From positions 480,001-544,000 of the forward strand of contig CAVOYH010000003.1 of NCBI GenBank assembly GCA_963700635.1: 64,000 bases of DNA, read 5' to 3'. Shown piece by piece: positions 10,638 through 20,418 of the stretch; the stretch's first letter is position 1; the number at the start of each line of letters is the position of its first letter. The notes beneath the pieces are model-generated. The model saw nothing but the letters and a program-made list of their open reading frames with translations. It was not told the DNA's origin and made no database searches. This DNA is from an uncultured Bacteroidota bacterium. Its GTDB lineage: Bacteria > Bacteroidota > Ignavibacteria > UBA10030 > UBA6906. The position numbers and the translations under genes are program-made.

Positions 10638-12332
10638 CTACTTCAGCACCAGCATTTTCATCGTCCTGGAAAAACCGTTTGCAGTCAGCCGGTACACATA
10701 CGTCCCCGAGGCCAGGGCTTCTGCATCGAACGTAACAGCGTAGCTCCCTGCGTCATGGACATCATCAGCAAGTACCGCCACCTCTCTACCCACTATGTCG
10801 TAGACTGCCAGCCGTACCCGGCCGGTCTCCGCAATCCGAAAGACAATCTCTGTCTGAGGATTGAATGGATTCGGATAGTTCTGGGCAAGGGAAAATTCTG
10901 ATGGCGTGATACCATTTCCACTTCTTCCATCGATTCCGGTCGTGGTATTCCTGTAGTCTGTATTCTGGGGATCAAAGTTCGTCCACCCCGCAGTCCACTG
11001 CCCGCTCATCGGAACCGCCGGATCAAATGCCCCACGATACATGACAGCGTCGAAAAAGGGATCCGACAGCCGCGGGTTGGAAAAACTCGCACTGCCGATC
11101 AACTCCGAACCGGCAGCCGGGACCGGATTCGGACTGTTCAGGTTTGACATGTCTGTGAGACCCACGGCGCTTGGATTCCGGGGACTCGAACCGGTGTTGC
11201 CGAAGGCGGCCGTGTTATACCATGCCGCAATCCCGGGCCACTGCGATGAATCGTGCACCGTGGAAGACCCGCTCGGCCGTTGCGAGGCCGCTATACTGGT
11301 GTTCCGAATCTGTAGCGTGTCGATTGTTGCATGTGTGATCGTGTTGACATCCCGAATCCTTAGTCCCCACGGATAGCCGGCAAGAACCGAATTGTAGATG
11401 CTCAATCCCGTCGAACGGCGTAACAGGGCACTGTACTGAAACTTGTTGCCGGGGGGAAGATTACCGACAAGCGCATCAGACCGCTCCGGCCCGATAAGAG
11501 TGATGTTAGAGAAATAACTCTGTGAATAAGGGGTTGCGATGGAGGTGGCCGACCCGTCATTGTCCGATTCGAATCCGTTTGATTCGCCGGTGGGATCCCA
11601 GTTGTTCAGATCCCTCAAACCGAAACCAAACTGTATCTTCCCCTGCCATCCGAAATCAGAATCAAACTCATCATCCACCCCGCCGAATGCGACGAGATGT
11701 TTCGCATTCACCGTGCCCCCGAACCACTCGTAGGAATCGTCGTTGGCATAACTCACCTGTACGTGATGTAGCTCCGTGCCGCGTCCCACTCCACCCATAG
11801 TGAGACCGTTCGTTTCGTTGTTCAACTGGAACCGGTAGCCGGCGTACTCGATCCGGACGTACCGGAAGATCCCGCTAGTGTCAGCCGGGTCCGTCCCGCC
11901 GTAGGTCCCCCCGATAATCCCCCCTTCGATCAGGGGTTCCACCTTGTTCACCGGGGCCCTGCCCAGGATCATAACACCCCCCCAATCCCCGGGAATCCGG
12001 GATCCCGCGGGCTTGTTGCTGGTGAAAACAACGGGTTGAGCTGCGTTCCCCAACGCGAAAATCCTCGCGCCCCGGGTGATAATGAGCGTCGCAGCGGAAT
12101 CGGCGAACACCACCGTCCCTGGTTGTATCGTGAGGCTGAAGGTGGAGTCGACATAGTACAATCCGGTCAGGACATAGGCCGTGTCTGCGGAAAGCGTACG
12201 ATTCCACTGTTGATGGTATGAAGTCCGTCCGGCATTGAGACCCGGTCCCAGCACCGTTTCAGGCGAAACTGCAAACGCCGTCCATGCCATCAAAAAATGT
12301 ATAAGCGTCCATAAGAGTCGAACATGTCTCAT
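10638..12332 (-). CDS. T9SS-secreted protein with type A CTD; partner of the adjacent TonB-dependent receptor
   Basis: Signal peptide after a GGAG RBS (start 12332). Repeated Asp/Gly-rich motifs (SGIFRYVRIEYAG, DDSYEWFGGTVN, DDEFDSDFGW, NGFESDND). C-terminal LAQNYPNPFNPQTEI..LASGTYVYRL..KMLVLK. Confidence 0.88.
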   Translation of the reverse strand: MRHVRLLWTLIHFLMAWTAFAVSPETVLGPGLNAGRTSYHQQWNRTLSADTAYVLTGLYYVDSTFSLTIQPGTVVFADSAATLIITRGARIFALGNAAQPVVFTSNKPAGSRIPGDWGGVMILGRAPVNKVEPLIEGGIIGGTYGGTDPADTSGIFRYVRIEYAGYRFQLNNETNGLTMGGVGRGTELHHVQVSYANDDSYEWFGGTVNAKHLVAFGGVDDEFDSDFGWQGKIQFGFGLRDLNNWDPTGESNGFESDNDGSATSIATPYSQSYFSNITLIGPERSDALVGNLPPGNKFQYSALLRRSTGLSIYNSVLAGYPWGLRIRDVNTITHATIDTLQIRNTSIAASQRPSGSSTVHDSSQWPGIAAWYNTAAFGNTGSSPRNPSAVGLTDMSNLNSPNPVPAAGSELIGSASFSNPRLSDPFFDAVMYRGAFDPAVPMSGQWTAGWTNFDPQNTDYRNTTTGIDGRSGNGITPSEFSLAQNYPNPFNPQTEIVFRIAETGRVRLAVYDIVGREVAVLADDVHDAGSYAVTFDAEALASGTYVYRLTANGFSRTMKMLVLK

Positions 12333-12441
12333 TCGGGCATCTCCATTACGTTGTGTGATGTTCACGTTGATGAATCGTCGAATATGATTTTCGGTGTTCC
12401 GTTCCGGACCGCACACGACCACCCTGTCCTGCCTCAAAAGT

Positions 12442-15159
12442 CTATAAGTTCAACGAAAGTGAGAGCGTGTACGTTGTCCCCTGGGACCATGCAGCATAGG
12501 GAACTCGCTGGTCGCCGCTTGTCAGGACACGCTCTTTTCCGGCGATGTTCTTCACGGCCGCCTTCAGCTCGAGGCCCGCGATCAGCCGCTGGGTCAGAGC
12601 GACATCCACCATATCCCTCGCTTCCTCGTACACATCCTGGTCCCGGACATCACCGACTGCATTCAGCCTCCGGCCGAATTTGTTGTAGAACACACTCACC
12701 GAGCTCCCCCATTCCGGTACGGCGTACAGGAACGAAACGTTCAACGCCCACGGAGACTGTCCCTGCATGGGACGCGTTGAACGGCTTACAACGGGCCGTC
12801 CGGATTGATCGGTCCGGAGATCAGTGTATTCCACTTCCGATGTGACGATGGTGTAATTGCCGGACACCGACATCTGTGAGAAGACACCGCCCAGGAATGA
12901 AAGCGACTTCCTGAGCTCAAATTCCCACCCCTTGTTCGAGCCGCCCGGCGAGTTAAACCAGGTCTTCACGTACCGGTCAGGCGCTGCAATAAGGCGTTCC
13001 TCAATGGCATTGTGGAAGTGCTTGGAGAAGTAGCTCACCGCAATCACTTCCCCGATATCGGGAAATATCTCCAGACGCACATCGTAGTTGTGAATATAGG
13101 CCCGCGAGAGATTCGGATTGCCGATGACATTCTGGTCCTGGTCAAAGTCCAGGTAGAGCACATTGGCCAGCTCCCGAAATTCCGGGCGGTTCACCGATTG
13201 ATAGTGTGCGAACCGGAGATTGACCGTCTCTGACACCAGATACTTCAGGTTTATCGATGGCAGGATATCCGTATTACGCACTGCTGCGGTGGCAGGAGTG
13301 GGGTCATCAATCGCTTTCGGGGAGACCACATTCCCTTCCGCATTCTCCAGCCGCGCACCACCCGTAAATCTTAAGTGCTGCTCCAGCACCACCAACGGCA
13401 CGTCCACCATCAGGTACCAAGCGTTCAACCGCTGACGTCCGGAATACGCACCTGTAAATGTTGAGGCCTCGACAAAATTCAGCTTCCCCGCCCCGAAGTT
13501 GCGGGCTGCAAAGATCTCCTCAACCGGAAGGAGGAGAAGCGAATAATAGCGGGGGTCACGTCCGGGGATTGTTGAAAACGCCTGAATCCCGAACGATCGA
13601 TCCTTCAATTCAGCCGTCGCACCAATCTTGATCTTGGCAAACTCCAGAGGATAGGTCAGGTCGACACTCACACCCCTTGTTCTCTCATGGAGGGCTGACC
13701 AGGTGCGGTAGTTTTCTCCTAGTGATTCGTCACCCGATGAACCCAGGGTATATTCGACCTGCTTCCGGTCCGGCTCTCTGGCCGTCGAGGAAGAGGCAAA
13801 AAGCTTCCACTGCGCCTCAAGATTGCCCGCAAAATCCAGCACATGCTCACCGGTGAGCTGACCGATATACAGCGAGCGCTGATCCCACTCAATCGTCTGA
13901 CGGCGCGAGCCGCTCCCCGCCACATTGATGCCACTGGACATTGATACCCGGTCCTCGGCCGATTGATTATAACTGTTCCGAACGCTGATCGTGTGCAGGT
14001 TCGACAGTCTATAGCTCACGTCCAGCAAGCCGGCCCAGAGAACAGAGTAATCATACCGGGTACCGTCAAACCGGAACACCGGCGAACCTCCATACACATA
14101 CGCCGGCGCTTCTTTGAAACCTGTTGTCATGAACGAATTGGAATACGAAAGTGCTCCCACAAAACCCAGTTCATCATCCCCCAATGAAAGCCGGTCTCCC
14201 AGGGCCAGGTCAAATGACCCGTTCACCGGCGCCCGCTGATTCCGGACGGCCCAGGTATTCGGCAGTGTCTGTGCAATCTTTTCCGCGCTTGCCGCCCCTT
14301 CGGGAAGAGCACGCTGTCCGTCGTCTGCACCTAGCCAGTCCTGATGCCCGCCCTGGGACCCCATAAAACTCTGTGTTGAAGTTGCAGAATTGTATGATGA
14401 GGAAAGGCCGAGACGGATCACGCGATTCGTCGGGAAGTCCAGGGTGCTCACCTGCACAAAACCCCCGCTGAAGTCGCCCGGCATGTCGGGCGTCGCGGTT
14501 TTCACCACCAGCGCATTCTCGAGAAGGTTGGAGGGAATCATGTCGAAGGAAAAACTTCTTCGGTCCACATCCGTGTCAGTACTCGTGACCGATACGCCAT
14601 TGAGTGATGTTCCGTTGTAACGGTCGGTCACCCCGCGTACATACACAAACTTGTTGTCGACGATCGTCAAACCTGTCACCCGTTTAAGGGCGTCACCGGA
14701 TGTCACATCAGGAGCCCTCCTGATCTGCTCCGCACTGATCCCGTCTCCGATGATGTTCGATTTTCTCCTTTCAGCGAGGAGCGCGGCTTCTGTCGCAAGA
14801 ACCCGCTCGGCTGTAACAACAACCTCTTCCTGCCTGAGCGCTTCGGCGCTTAACGTCACGTCGAGCCGCAGGATTTCACCGGGCTTGAGCGTGACCCCCG
14901 TGACCACCTTTGGGCTGTATCCGACATAGGAGAGGCGGACATTGTACGATTCCGGAGGGATGTTGCGAACGATAAACGTACCATCGATGTCCGTAACGCC
15001 ACCCATACTCGTCCCGATCAGGAGACAATGCGCACCAATAAGTTCTTCCCCCGATTCCTGATCCAGAATCCGACCACGGAGGGTTGCCTGCTGGGCGTGT
15101 GTAACACTCGTCCCAAACACCAGTAACGTAACGAGCAAAGAGAAAAGACCTTGTATCAT
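12442..15159 (-). CDS. TonB-dependent receptor with N-terminal carboxypeptidase-regulatory-like domain
   Basis: Signal peptide; EEVVVTA TonB-box region; plug motifs VRG..RYN and PDMPGDFSGG; barrel motifs RPEFREL and GNPNL. Confidence 0.93.
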   Translation of the reverse strand: MIQGLFSLLVTLLVFGTSVTHAQQATLRGRILDQESGEELIGAHCLLIGTSMGGVTDIDGTFIVRNIPPESYNVRLSYVGYSPKVVTGVTLKPGEILRLDVTLSAEALRQEEVVVTAERVLATEAALLAERRKSNIIGDGISAEQIRRAPDVTSGDALKRVTGLTIVDNKFVYVRGVTDRYNGTSLNGVSVTSTDTDVDRRSFSFDMIPSNLLENALVVKTATPDMPGDFSGGFVQVSTLDFPTNRVIRLGLSSSYNSATSTQSFMGSQGGHQDWLGADDGQRALPEGAASAEKIAQTLPNTWAVRNQRAPVNGSFDLALGDRLSLGDDELGFVGALSYSNSFMTTGFKEAPAYVYGGSPVFRFDGTRYDYSVLWAGLLDVSYRLSNLHTISVRNSYNQSAEDRVSMSSGINVAGSGSRRQTIEWDQRSLYIGQLTGEHVLDFAGNLEAQWKLFASSSTAREPDRKQVEYTLGSSGDESLGENYRTWSALHERTRGVSVDLTYPLEFAKIKIGATAELKDRSFGIQAFSTIPGRDPRYYSLLLLPVEEIFAARNFGAGKLNFVEASTFTGAYSGRQRLNAWYLMVDVPLVVLEQHLRFTGGARLENAEGNVVSPKAIDDPTPATAAVRNTDILPSINLKYLVSETVNLRFAHYQSVNRPEFRELANVLYLDFDQDQNVIGNPNLSRAYIHNYDVRLEIFPDIGEVIAVSYFSKHFHNAIEERLIAAPDRYVKTWFNSPGGSNKGWEFELRKSLSFLGGVFSQMSVSGNYTIVTSEVEYTDLRTDQSGRPVVSRSTRPMQGQSPWALNVSFLYAVPEWGSSVSVFYNKFGRRLNAVGDVRDQDVYEEARDMVDVALTQRLIAGLELKAAVKNIAGKERVLTSGDQRVPYAAWSQGTTYTLSLSLNL

Positions 15160-15222
15160 AGTGATTGACCTGAATGTGTGTGATACTCCGGATCCTGCGA
15201 CGCTATGGGAATCCCGGTTTTG

Positions 15223-15293
15223 TGTGAATCGAAGTGTACCAATGTACCACGCGGGTATTACCTGGGTATTAAGCGGGGATTATGAAATTGTTA
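15223..15293 (-). promoter_or_regulatory. 11-bp-periodic direct-repeat array (Pho-box/OmpR-family-like) upstream of the TBDR
   Basis: Plus-strand pentamers TATTA (15256), TATTA (15267), GATTA (15278) and TGTTA (15289) at exact 11-bp spacing. Weaker in-phase copies TACCA (15245) and TGTGA (15223). Confidence 0.55.
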
Positions 15294-15349
15294 TCCGTGT
15301 TGCCGACTTTTCACAGTTCTTTGTGGCGTTTTTCCTGTATATTGTCTGC

Positions 15350-16594
15350 ATGGAACGATTCGCCGAAATGTTTGCCGATGCCGTGCGCGCGCACAAAGGC
15401 GCGAGGCGAATCCTTTCCGACGGGGAATGCCAGTCACGCTCCGGAGCCTTGTGTCCGCTCTGTTATGCCGGAATCCTTGAGGTGGACCAGGAACGTACGA
15501 TCAGAAATCATGTCCTGCAGCAGTGGTGGCACGAGGCCGTGCCCGGCACACCTCTCGACCCACTTGTTCCCTCCCCTCAAGGACGATATTACCGATCTGT
15601 ATCAAAGCGGAAAGTATTCAGGCAGGGACGTTCACTCACGCTGGGCCTTATCAATCCGGATGCCGATCGCGGAGAGGGTGCACTCCGGGTTATCCGTTGT
15701 GCTATCGAACCACTCGCTCACAATACCCTGTACGAACTGATCGACTCCTGGCTCTCCCGGCCGGGAGCGGCCCCCCTGCACGAAGTGCTTCAGTATGTAA
15801 TCATAAAAGGCGATGAGAAGGAGCATATCGTCATTCTGAACGTGCGGTCAATTAACGCGTCAGTGATCAAGGCGGGGAACGTGCTTTCCAAGGCTGTAAC
15901 GGCATCTGACATGCATGTGAGCGGGTTCTTCCTGTATGAGGATGATTCAGGCGGGAAATACTATCTTGGATCACAGGACTCGGGTGCACCCGGACGGCTT
16001 CAGCGAGTATACGGCGCAGGCACCCTTTCTCACAAGACAGCAGGAAAACGATTTGTCTACCCTCTGCTGGCGTTCTCACAGGTAAACCAGTCCATGCTGG
16101 ACCCCCTGGTTTCCACTGTGTCCGGATTGCTGGAGCTTCCCCTTTCCGGGACGCTTTACGACCTCTATTGCGGGTATGGACTGTTTGGCATCTCCCTGGC
16201 AGCGAAGGTGAAACGTGTCATCGGGGTGGACATTGCTCCTGCTGCAATCGATGCGGCCAGGCAGATCGCGCAGCACCTGCGCCTTGGAAACACACGTTTT
16301 CAGCGCAGTAATCTGACCGCCACCTCTCTTGCCTCAGTGATGCAGCGATCCGGGGAGGAGGACGGCGTTGTGCTTGATCCTCCCCGCAGCGGAACTTCGG
16401 ATGGAGTTATCGAGGTCATTGCCGGAAGGAGATGCCATCGTGTTGTACACCTGTTCTGCAACATTGACATCCTGCAACAGGAGGTCAGGCGGTGGGAAGC
16501 GGCGGGGTATACGCTCACACGGGCGGTCCCTCTGGATATGTTTCCGGGAACCTCAACGACTGAAATAGCGGCACTGTTTGAACCGCGGGGCTAA
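15350..16594 (+). CDS. RNA (uracil-5)-methyltransferase, RlmD/TrmA family
   Basis: AFSQVN; SAM motif DLYCGYGLFG; LDPPRSG; catalytic Cys in HLFCN; DMFPGT..E; N-terminal Cys cluster. Confidence 0.85.
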   Translation: MERFAEMFADAVRAHKGARRILSDGECQSRSGALCPLCYAGILEVDQERTIRNHVLQQWWHEAVPGTPLDPLVPSPQGRYYRSVSKRKVFRQGRSLTLGLINPDADRGEGALRVIRCAIEPLAHNTLYELIDSWLSRPGAAPLHEVLQYVIIKGDEKEHIVILNVRSINASVIKAGNVLSKAVTASDMHVSGFFLYEDDSGGKYYLGSQDSGAPGRLQRVYGAGTLSHKTAGKRFVYPLLAFSQVNQSMLDPLVSTVSGLLELPLSGTLYDLYCGYGLFGISLAAKVKRVIGVDIAPAAIDAARQIAQHLRLGNTRFQRSNLTATSLASVMQRSGEEDGVVLDPPRSGTSDGVIEVIAGRRCHRVVHLFCNIDILQQEVRRWEAAGYTLTRAVPLDMFPGTSTTEIAALFEPRG

Positions 16595-17262
16595 CGCGAG
16601 GGAACTTTCTCGAAGGGGATGTCCAGAAGGGGATAGTCGCGCCAGTCTTTGTAGTCAAAATGCCACCACTCGGCGGGTTCAACACGAAAACCTTCTTTCT
16701 CCATCGCCGCCCGCAACACACTCCGCAGCCTCCGTTGATCTCCGGTGCCGCCTGTATACGAGCTTGATGCCTTCTCACTAAAATCGTCATAGGGGCTTGG
16801 CATGGAGACTTCCTGCCCGGTGCCGAGGTCTATGAGTGTCAGGTCGACCGCACAACCGCGGTTGTGTTTTGATCCTTTCCGGGGGTTTGCCACGAATTTT
16901 CTCTTCACGGGGGGCGTTTCGTCCCAGAATTTCTTTGTCACAGCCCAGGGGCGATAACCGTCAAAGACAAGCAACCCGAATCCCTGAGTCTTCAGGGAAT
17001 GATGTACGCGCACGAGGGCTTCGGCGGCGGGACGTTGGAGGAAGACGCGTGCCTGCGCGTACATTGGTCTCCCCATAAAGTTGTCGGAGGTCGCATATTT
17101 GACATCCAGCCGGATCGTGGAGTCCAGCGTAATCAATTCCACGAGTGTCCGTGCTGCTGTGCTGTCACGTACCTGAGCCGTCAGGGGACTAAAAACCGCC
17201 AGCAGACACATGGCGGCCAGGAACATCCGTGCACAGCGCGCGGAACGGATTCCCGCTATCAT
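16591..17262 (-). CDS. Exported M15 D-Ala-D-Ala dipeptidase (VanX/DdpX family)
   Basis: YATSDNF, DGYRP, SKHNRGCAVDLTL and EWWHFDY motifs; signal peptide. ATG 17262 overlaps the cyclase stop (ATGA). Confidence 0.9.
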   Translation of the reverse strand: MIAGIRSARCARMFLAAMCLLAVFSPLTAQVRDSTAARTLVELITLDSTIRLDVKYATSDNFMGRPMYAQARVFLQRPAAEALVRVHHSLKTQGFGLLVFDGYRPWAVTKKFWDETPPVKRKFVANPRKGSKHNRGCAVDLTLIDLGTGQEVSMPSPYDDFSEKASSSYTGGTGDQRRLRSVLRAAMEKEGFRVEPAEWWHFDYKDWRDYPLLDIPFEKVPSR

Positions 17263-20036
17263 ATCTGCTGTTTCGCCCATTTCATCTGCGCCACCTCACA
17301 TTGAACATAGAACTCTTTGGTGTCCGAGGGATGAATGCTCAACATCCGGCTGTGCATCGGGGTATTCAACCAGGGAAAGAACAACCGGCTTAGCGTGGCC
17401 CCGCCGTTAAGACGGATATGAATCTCAGCTTTCCCGCTTCCCACACCGAACGAATACGGAGGAAGAATATCCCCCAGAACTTCCCGAAACCAACGCGGGA
17501 ACGAGAATGGCAATGTTCCGTCCATTCTCCCGAACGGGTCAAGGATCCGGTGTATCCATGGGCGCAGCGCATTTGTTTTGGCATCCCAGAGACGGAGGCG
17601 CTCAATCTCCGAAAAATGGATCGCCACATTTGTGCCGTCTTTGAAGATGACGCGGATACGATCCTCAGTCAGATCGTAGAGCTTGGGCCGGCCGCGCAGG
17701 AATGGGACCACGCCGAGATACCAGAGGGAAAGCGCATACCAGACAAGCAACAGACTCATCACGCTGCCAATAATGAGCTGCTGAACCCATTCAACGCCCT
17801 GTGATGTGCCCACAACCCGGACAAAGAGAAAAATGGGAAGAATCGGGACCAGCATGGCTGCGAGCGGGGGTGTGATTGCCCTGAGTGTCGGGAGCAGACC
17901 GGCGCGGGCGCTTTGTGACTGATACAATTTCCTTACAGCGACTTCCCGCCGTTCGAAGAAACCTTCCGATTCCTCCTTTGAATACATTTGCCGGACTTTG
18001 TGTCCGGAGCGGCTGAGGTATTCGGCTGCTTTATCCCACAGCTCCGCCTTCTCATAGTGAAATGCGAGCAGTTCATAGTATTCTACCAGACGGTCGGAAT
18101 ACAGTTTCTCAATCGCATGGGCGATGGAGGCGTGTAATTCTCTCCGTTTGTTGCCCAGCATGGTATTGTAGGCCACCTCCTGAATAAGGAAATGTTTGAA
18201 CAGGTATTCAAATTCCCGGGCTTCCTGATTTTCCAGAATCAACTCCAGCGACCGGAGCTCTTGGAGACTTGGCACGAGGTCCTGGTGTTTGCTGACGACC
18301 TGTTCAAGCAGCGGGCGCGAGAACTCCCGTCCGATCACCGACGCGCCGAAGAGGACTTCTTTGATGCTGTCATGCAGCCGGTCAATCCGGGCCATGATAA
18401 TCCCCTGGATCGTGCCCGGGACTCCTGCTTCAATGTTGTCCACCAGCAACTCAACTTTCCGCCGTCGGACAATAACGATCTTCTTATCCAGAAGCGTTTT
18501 GATGATTTCCTGAACAAAGAAGGGATTCCCTTCCGATCGATGAAGCACGAAGTTTTCCACCGCCTCCGGGCAACTGTCCGCGTCGAGCCGGTACAGGATC
18601 AACCGGCGGGCGTCATCACGATCCAGCCGGTTCAAATCAAGCAGCGAGGCCTGATCATCAATAATGGATGGGAACGGATACTCGTCCCTAAACGTAAGCA
18701 CAAACAGGGACAACACGTTCTCTGTTGTGGGTTTGAGCACAAACCAGAGCAGCTCCTGGGAGAAGCGATCAATCCAGTGCAGGTCCTCAAGAACAAAGAC
18801 CATCGGCCGACGTGCGGCGGTGGCACTGAGGAGCGTCCGCACCGCCTGAAAGATCCTTTGCTTGCGAATCCTCTCATCCACCATCATGATTTCTTCATAG
18901 CGGACCGAGAGGAGCGTCGCCAGGTACGGCTCGTGCTCCTCGATTTGAAGCTGATGGAGAGCCGTGTGCAAGCGTTCCCGTATGAGGGCTTCTGAAGCGT
19001 CACTACGCAGATGCAGAAGGTTCTTCAGCAGGACAGACCAAACGTAGTAAGGCGTTGTTGTTTCGAAGCTGGAACAAAATCCTTCAATGGTGGCTAATCC
19101 CTTCTGGTAGGCGTTGCGGATGAGTTCTGTTTTCAACCGCGATTTTCCCACTCCGGCTTCGCCGCAGATGCCCAGGCGGACATGATTTCCGGTGAGTACC
19201 AGATCCAGCGCCCGATTGATTGTGTCCAGTTCCACCTTCCGTCCGACAAACTGATCTTTGCCGAGTATGGTCGGTCTTCGTTCCGATTCCGTTTTGAGGG
19301 CGGCAAGTTTGTACACGTCGACCGGCTCCGCTTTTCCACGCAACGTCATTGCAAACGGACCCTCGGCCACAACCACATCCGACACCAGCTTGTGGGTCTC
19401 GGATGACAGGTAGATATTGCTGCGCGGGGCGATCTCCACGAGGCGTGAGGCGAGGTTCACGGTGTCTCCGATCACGGAGTAGTTCATGCGGAGGTCGCTC
19501 CCCACGTTGCCGGCAATCACCATTCCGGAATGGAGTCCGCAGTGGAGACCGAGGGGGCCGTGGAGTTCAGCCCCCTGCCGGTCGTTGTAGTGTTCAATCT
19601 CAGCCACCATATCCAGCGCACACCGTACCGCGCGTTCCGGGTCATTCTCATGAGCCAGCGGGGCACCAAAGATGGCCATGATCCCGTCGCCGATGAACTT
19701 GTCAATTGTGCCCTCGTACTGGAGAACAACAGAAACCAGTCCCGAGAAGCAGTCGTTCAGCACCGCGGATACCTCTTCGGGATCGAGCTTCTCGGACATC
19801 GTGGTAAAGCCGGTGACATCGGCAAACAAAACAGTCACAAGCCGGCGTTCGCTCTCGATCTGCTTGCCAGCGGTGAGAATACGCTCGGCGAGATCGCTCG
19901 GTATGTAGTTGCGGATGAGGGCGAAACCGTCAATGGAAGGTCGGGGGGGATACGGTACCGGCTTGAGTGTCGAGCCGCAATTCAAGCAGAAACGGGAGTG
20001 TTTCGGGATGTCCTTGGCACATGCGGGACATTGCAT
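17259..20036 (-). CDS. Zinc ribbon - class III adenylate cyclase - STAND/AAA NTPase protein with a C-terminal TM hairpin and small cytoplasmic domain
   Basis: CPAC/CLNC zinc ribbon; cyclase motifs LFADVTGFT, DKFIGDG and GDTVNLASRL; Walker A GEAGVGKS; Walker B LEDLHWID; GNPFF; ARIDRL; FKH.LIQEVAY; two hydrophobic helices near the C-terminus. Confidence 0.92.
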   Translation of the reverse strand: MQCPACAKDIPKHSRFCLNCGSTLKPVPYPPRPSIDGFALIRNYIPSDLAERILTAGKQIESERRLVTVLFADVTGFTTMSEKLDPEEVSAVLNDCFSGLVSVVLQYEGTIDKFIGDGIMAIFGAPLAHENDPERAVRCALDMVAEIEHYNDRQGAELHGPLGLHCGLHSGMVIAGNVGSDLRMNYSVIGDTVNLASRLVEIAPRSNIYLSSETHKLVSDVVVAEGPFAMTLRGKAEPVDVYKLAALKTESERRPTILGKDQFVGRKVELDTINRALDLVLTGNHVRLGICGEAGVGKSRLKTELIRNAYQKGLATIEGFCSSFETTTPYYVWSVLLKNLLHLRSDASEALIRERLHTALHQLQIEEHEPYLATLLSVRYEEIMMVDERIRKQRIFQAVRTLLSATAARRPMVFVLEDLHWIDRFSQELLWFVLKPTTENVLSLFVLTFRDEYPFPSIIDDQASLLDLNRLDRDDARRLILYRLDADSCPEAVENFVLHRSEGNPFFVQEIIKTLLDKKIVIVRRRKVELLVDNIEAGVPGTIQGIIMARIDRLHDSIKEVLFGASVIGREFSRPLLEQVVSKHQDLVPSLQELRSLELILENQEAREFEYLFKHFLIQEVAYNTMLGNKRRELHASIAHAIEKLYSDRLVEYYELLAFHYEKAELWDKAAEYLSRSGHKVRQMYSKEESEGFFERREVAVRKLYQSQSARAGLLPTLRAITPPLAAMLVPILPIFLFVRVVGTSQGVEWVQQLIIGSVMSLLLVWYALSLWYLGVVPFLRGRPKLYDLTEDRIRVIFKDGTNVAIHFSEIERLRLWDAKTNALRPWIHRILDPFGRMDGTLPFSFPRWFREVLGDILPPYSFGVGSGKAEIHIRLNGGATLSRLFFPWLNTPMHSRMLSIHPSDTKEFYVQCEVAQMKWAKQQI

Positions 20037-20043
20037 TCGGGGC

Positions 20044-20388
20044 CTACGTGAAGCTCTTTATTGCCTCCGCTTGGGTGTCATGGACATCAAAGACCAGCGT
20101 CAGCTTGGTGATGACGAAGATATTCTCGATGTTTTTGTTCAAACCGCATATCTTGACCTGCCACCCATGCCGTGAGTACGTCGTCTGACCTGCAACCAGA
20201 ACGCCGATGGCGGTGCTGTTTAGATACGTTACCTTGCTCAGGTCTATGAGCAGTTTTGAGTACTGCCTGTCAACGAAGCCCGCTATCGCCTGCCGGAGTT
20301 CCACGGTCTCATCGCCGCCGACGAGGGATCCGCTCGCCTGTATCAAGCCAATGCCGCCATCTGGTAGGGTGGAAGTCTTGATTGACAT
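20044..20388 (-). CDS. STAS-domain protein (anti-sigma-factor antagonist-like), copy 1
   Basis: LLIDLSKVTYLNSTAIGVLV and IFVITKL..VF motifs; 114 aa. Confidence 0.9.
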   Translation of the reverse strand: MSIKTSTLPDGGIGLIQASGSLVGGDETVELRQAIAGFVDRQYSKLLIDLSKVTYLNSTAIGVLVAGQTTYSRHGWQVKICGLNKNIENIFVITKLTLVFDVHDTQAEAIKSFT

Positions 20389-20418
20389 GGTCTCTCCCGG
20401 TTTGTGTTTCGTCTATAT

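Noticed and set aside
15245-15293. Short repeats as a CRISPR array or iterons
   Set aside because: 11-bp period with no spacers, cas or rep genes; better explained as regulator boxes.
16591-17262. vanX as a vancomycin-resistance locus
   Set aside because: No vanH/vanA/vanRS nearby; an exported DdpX-type enzyme in a diderm organism.
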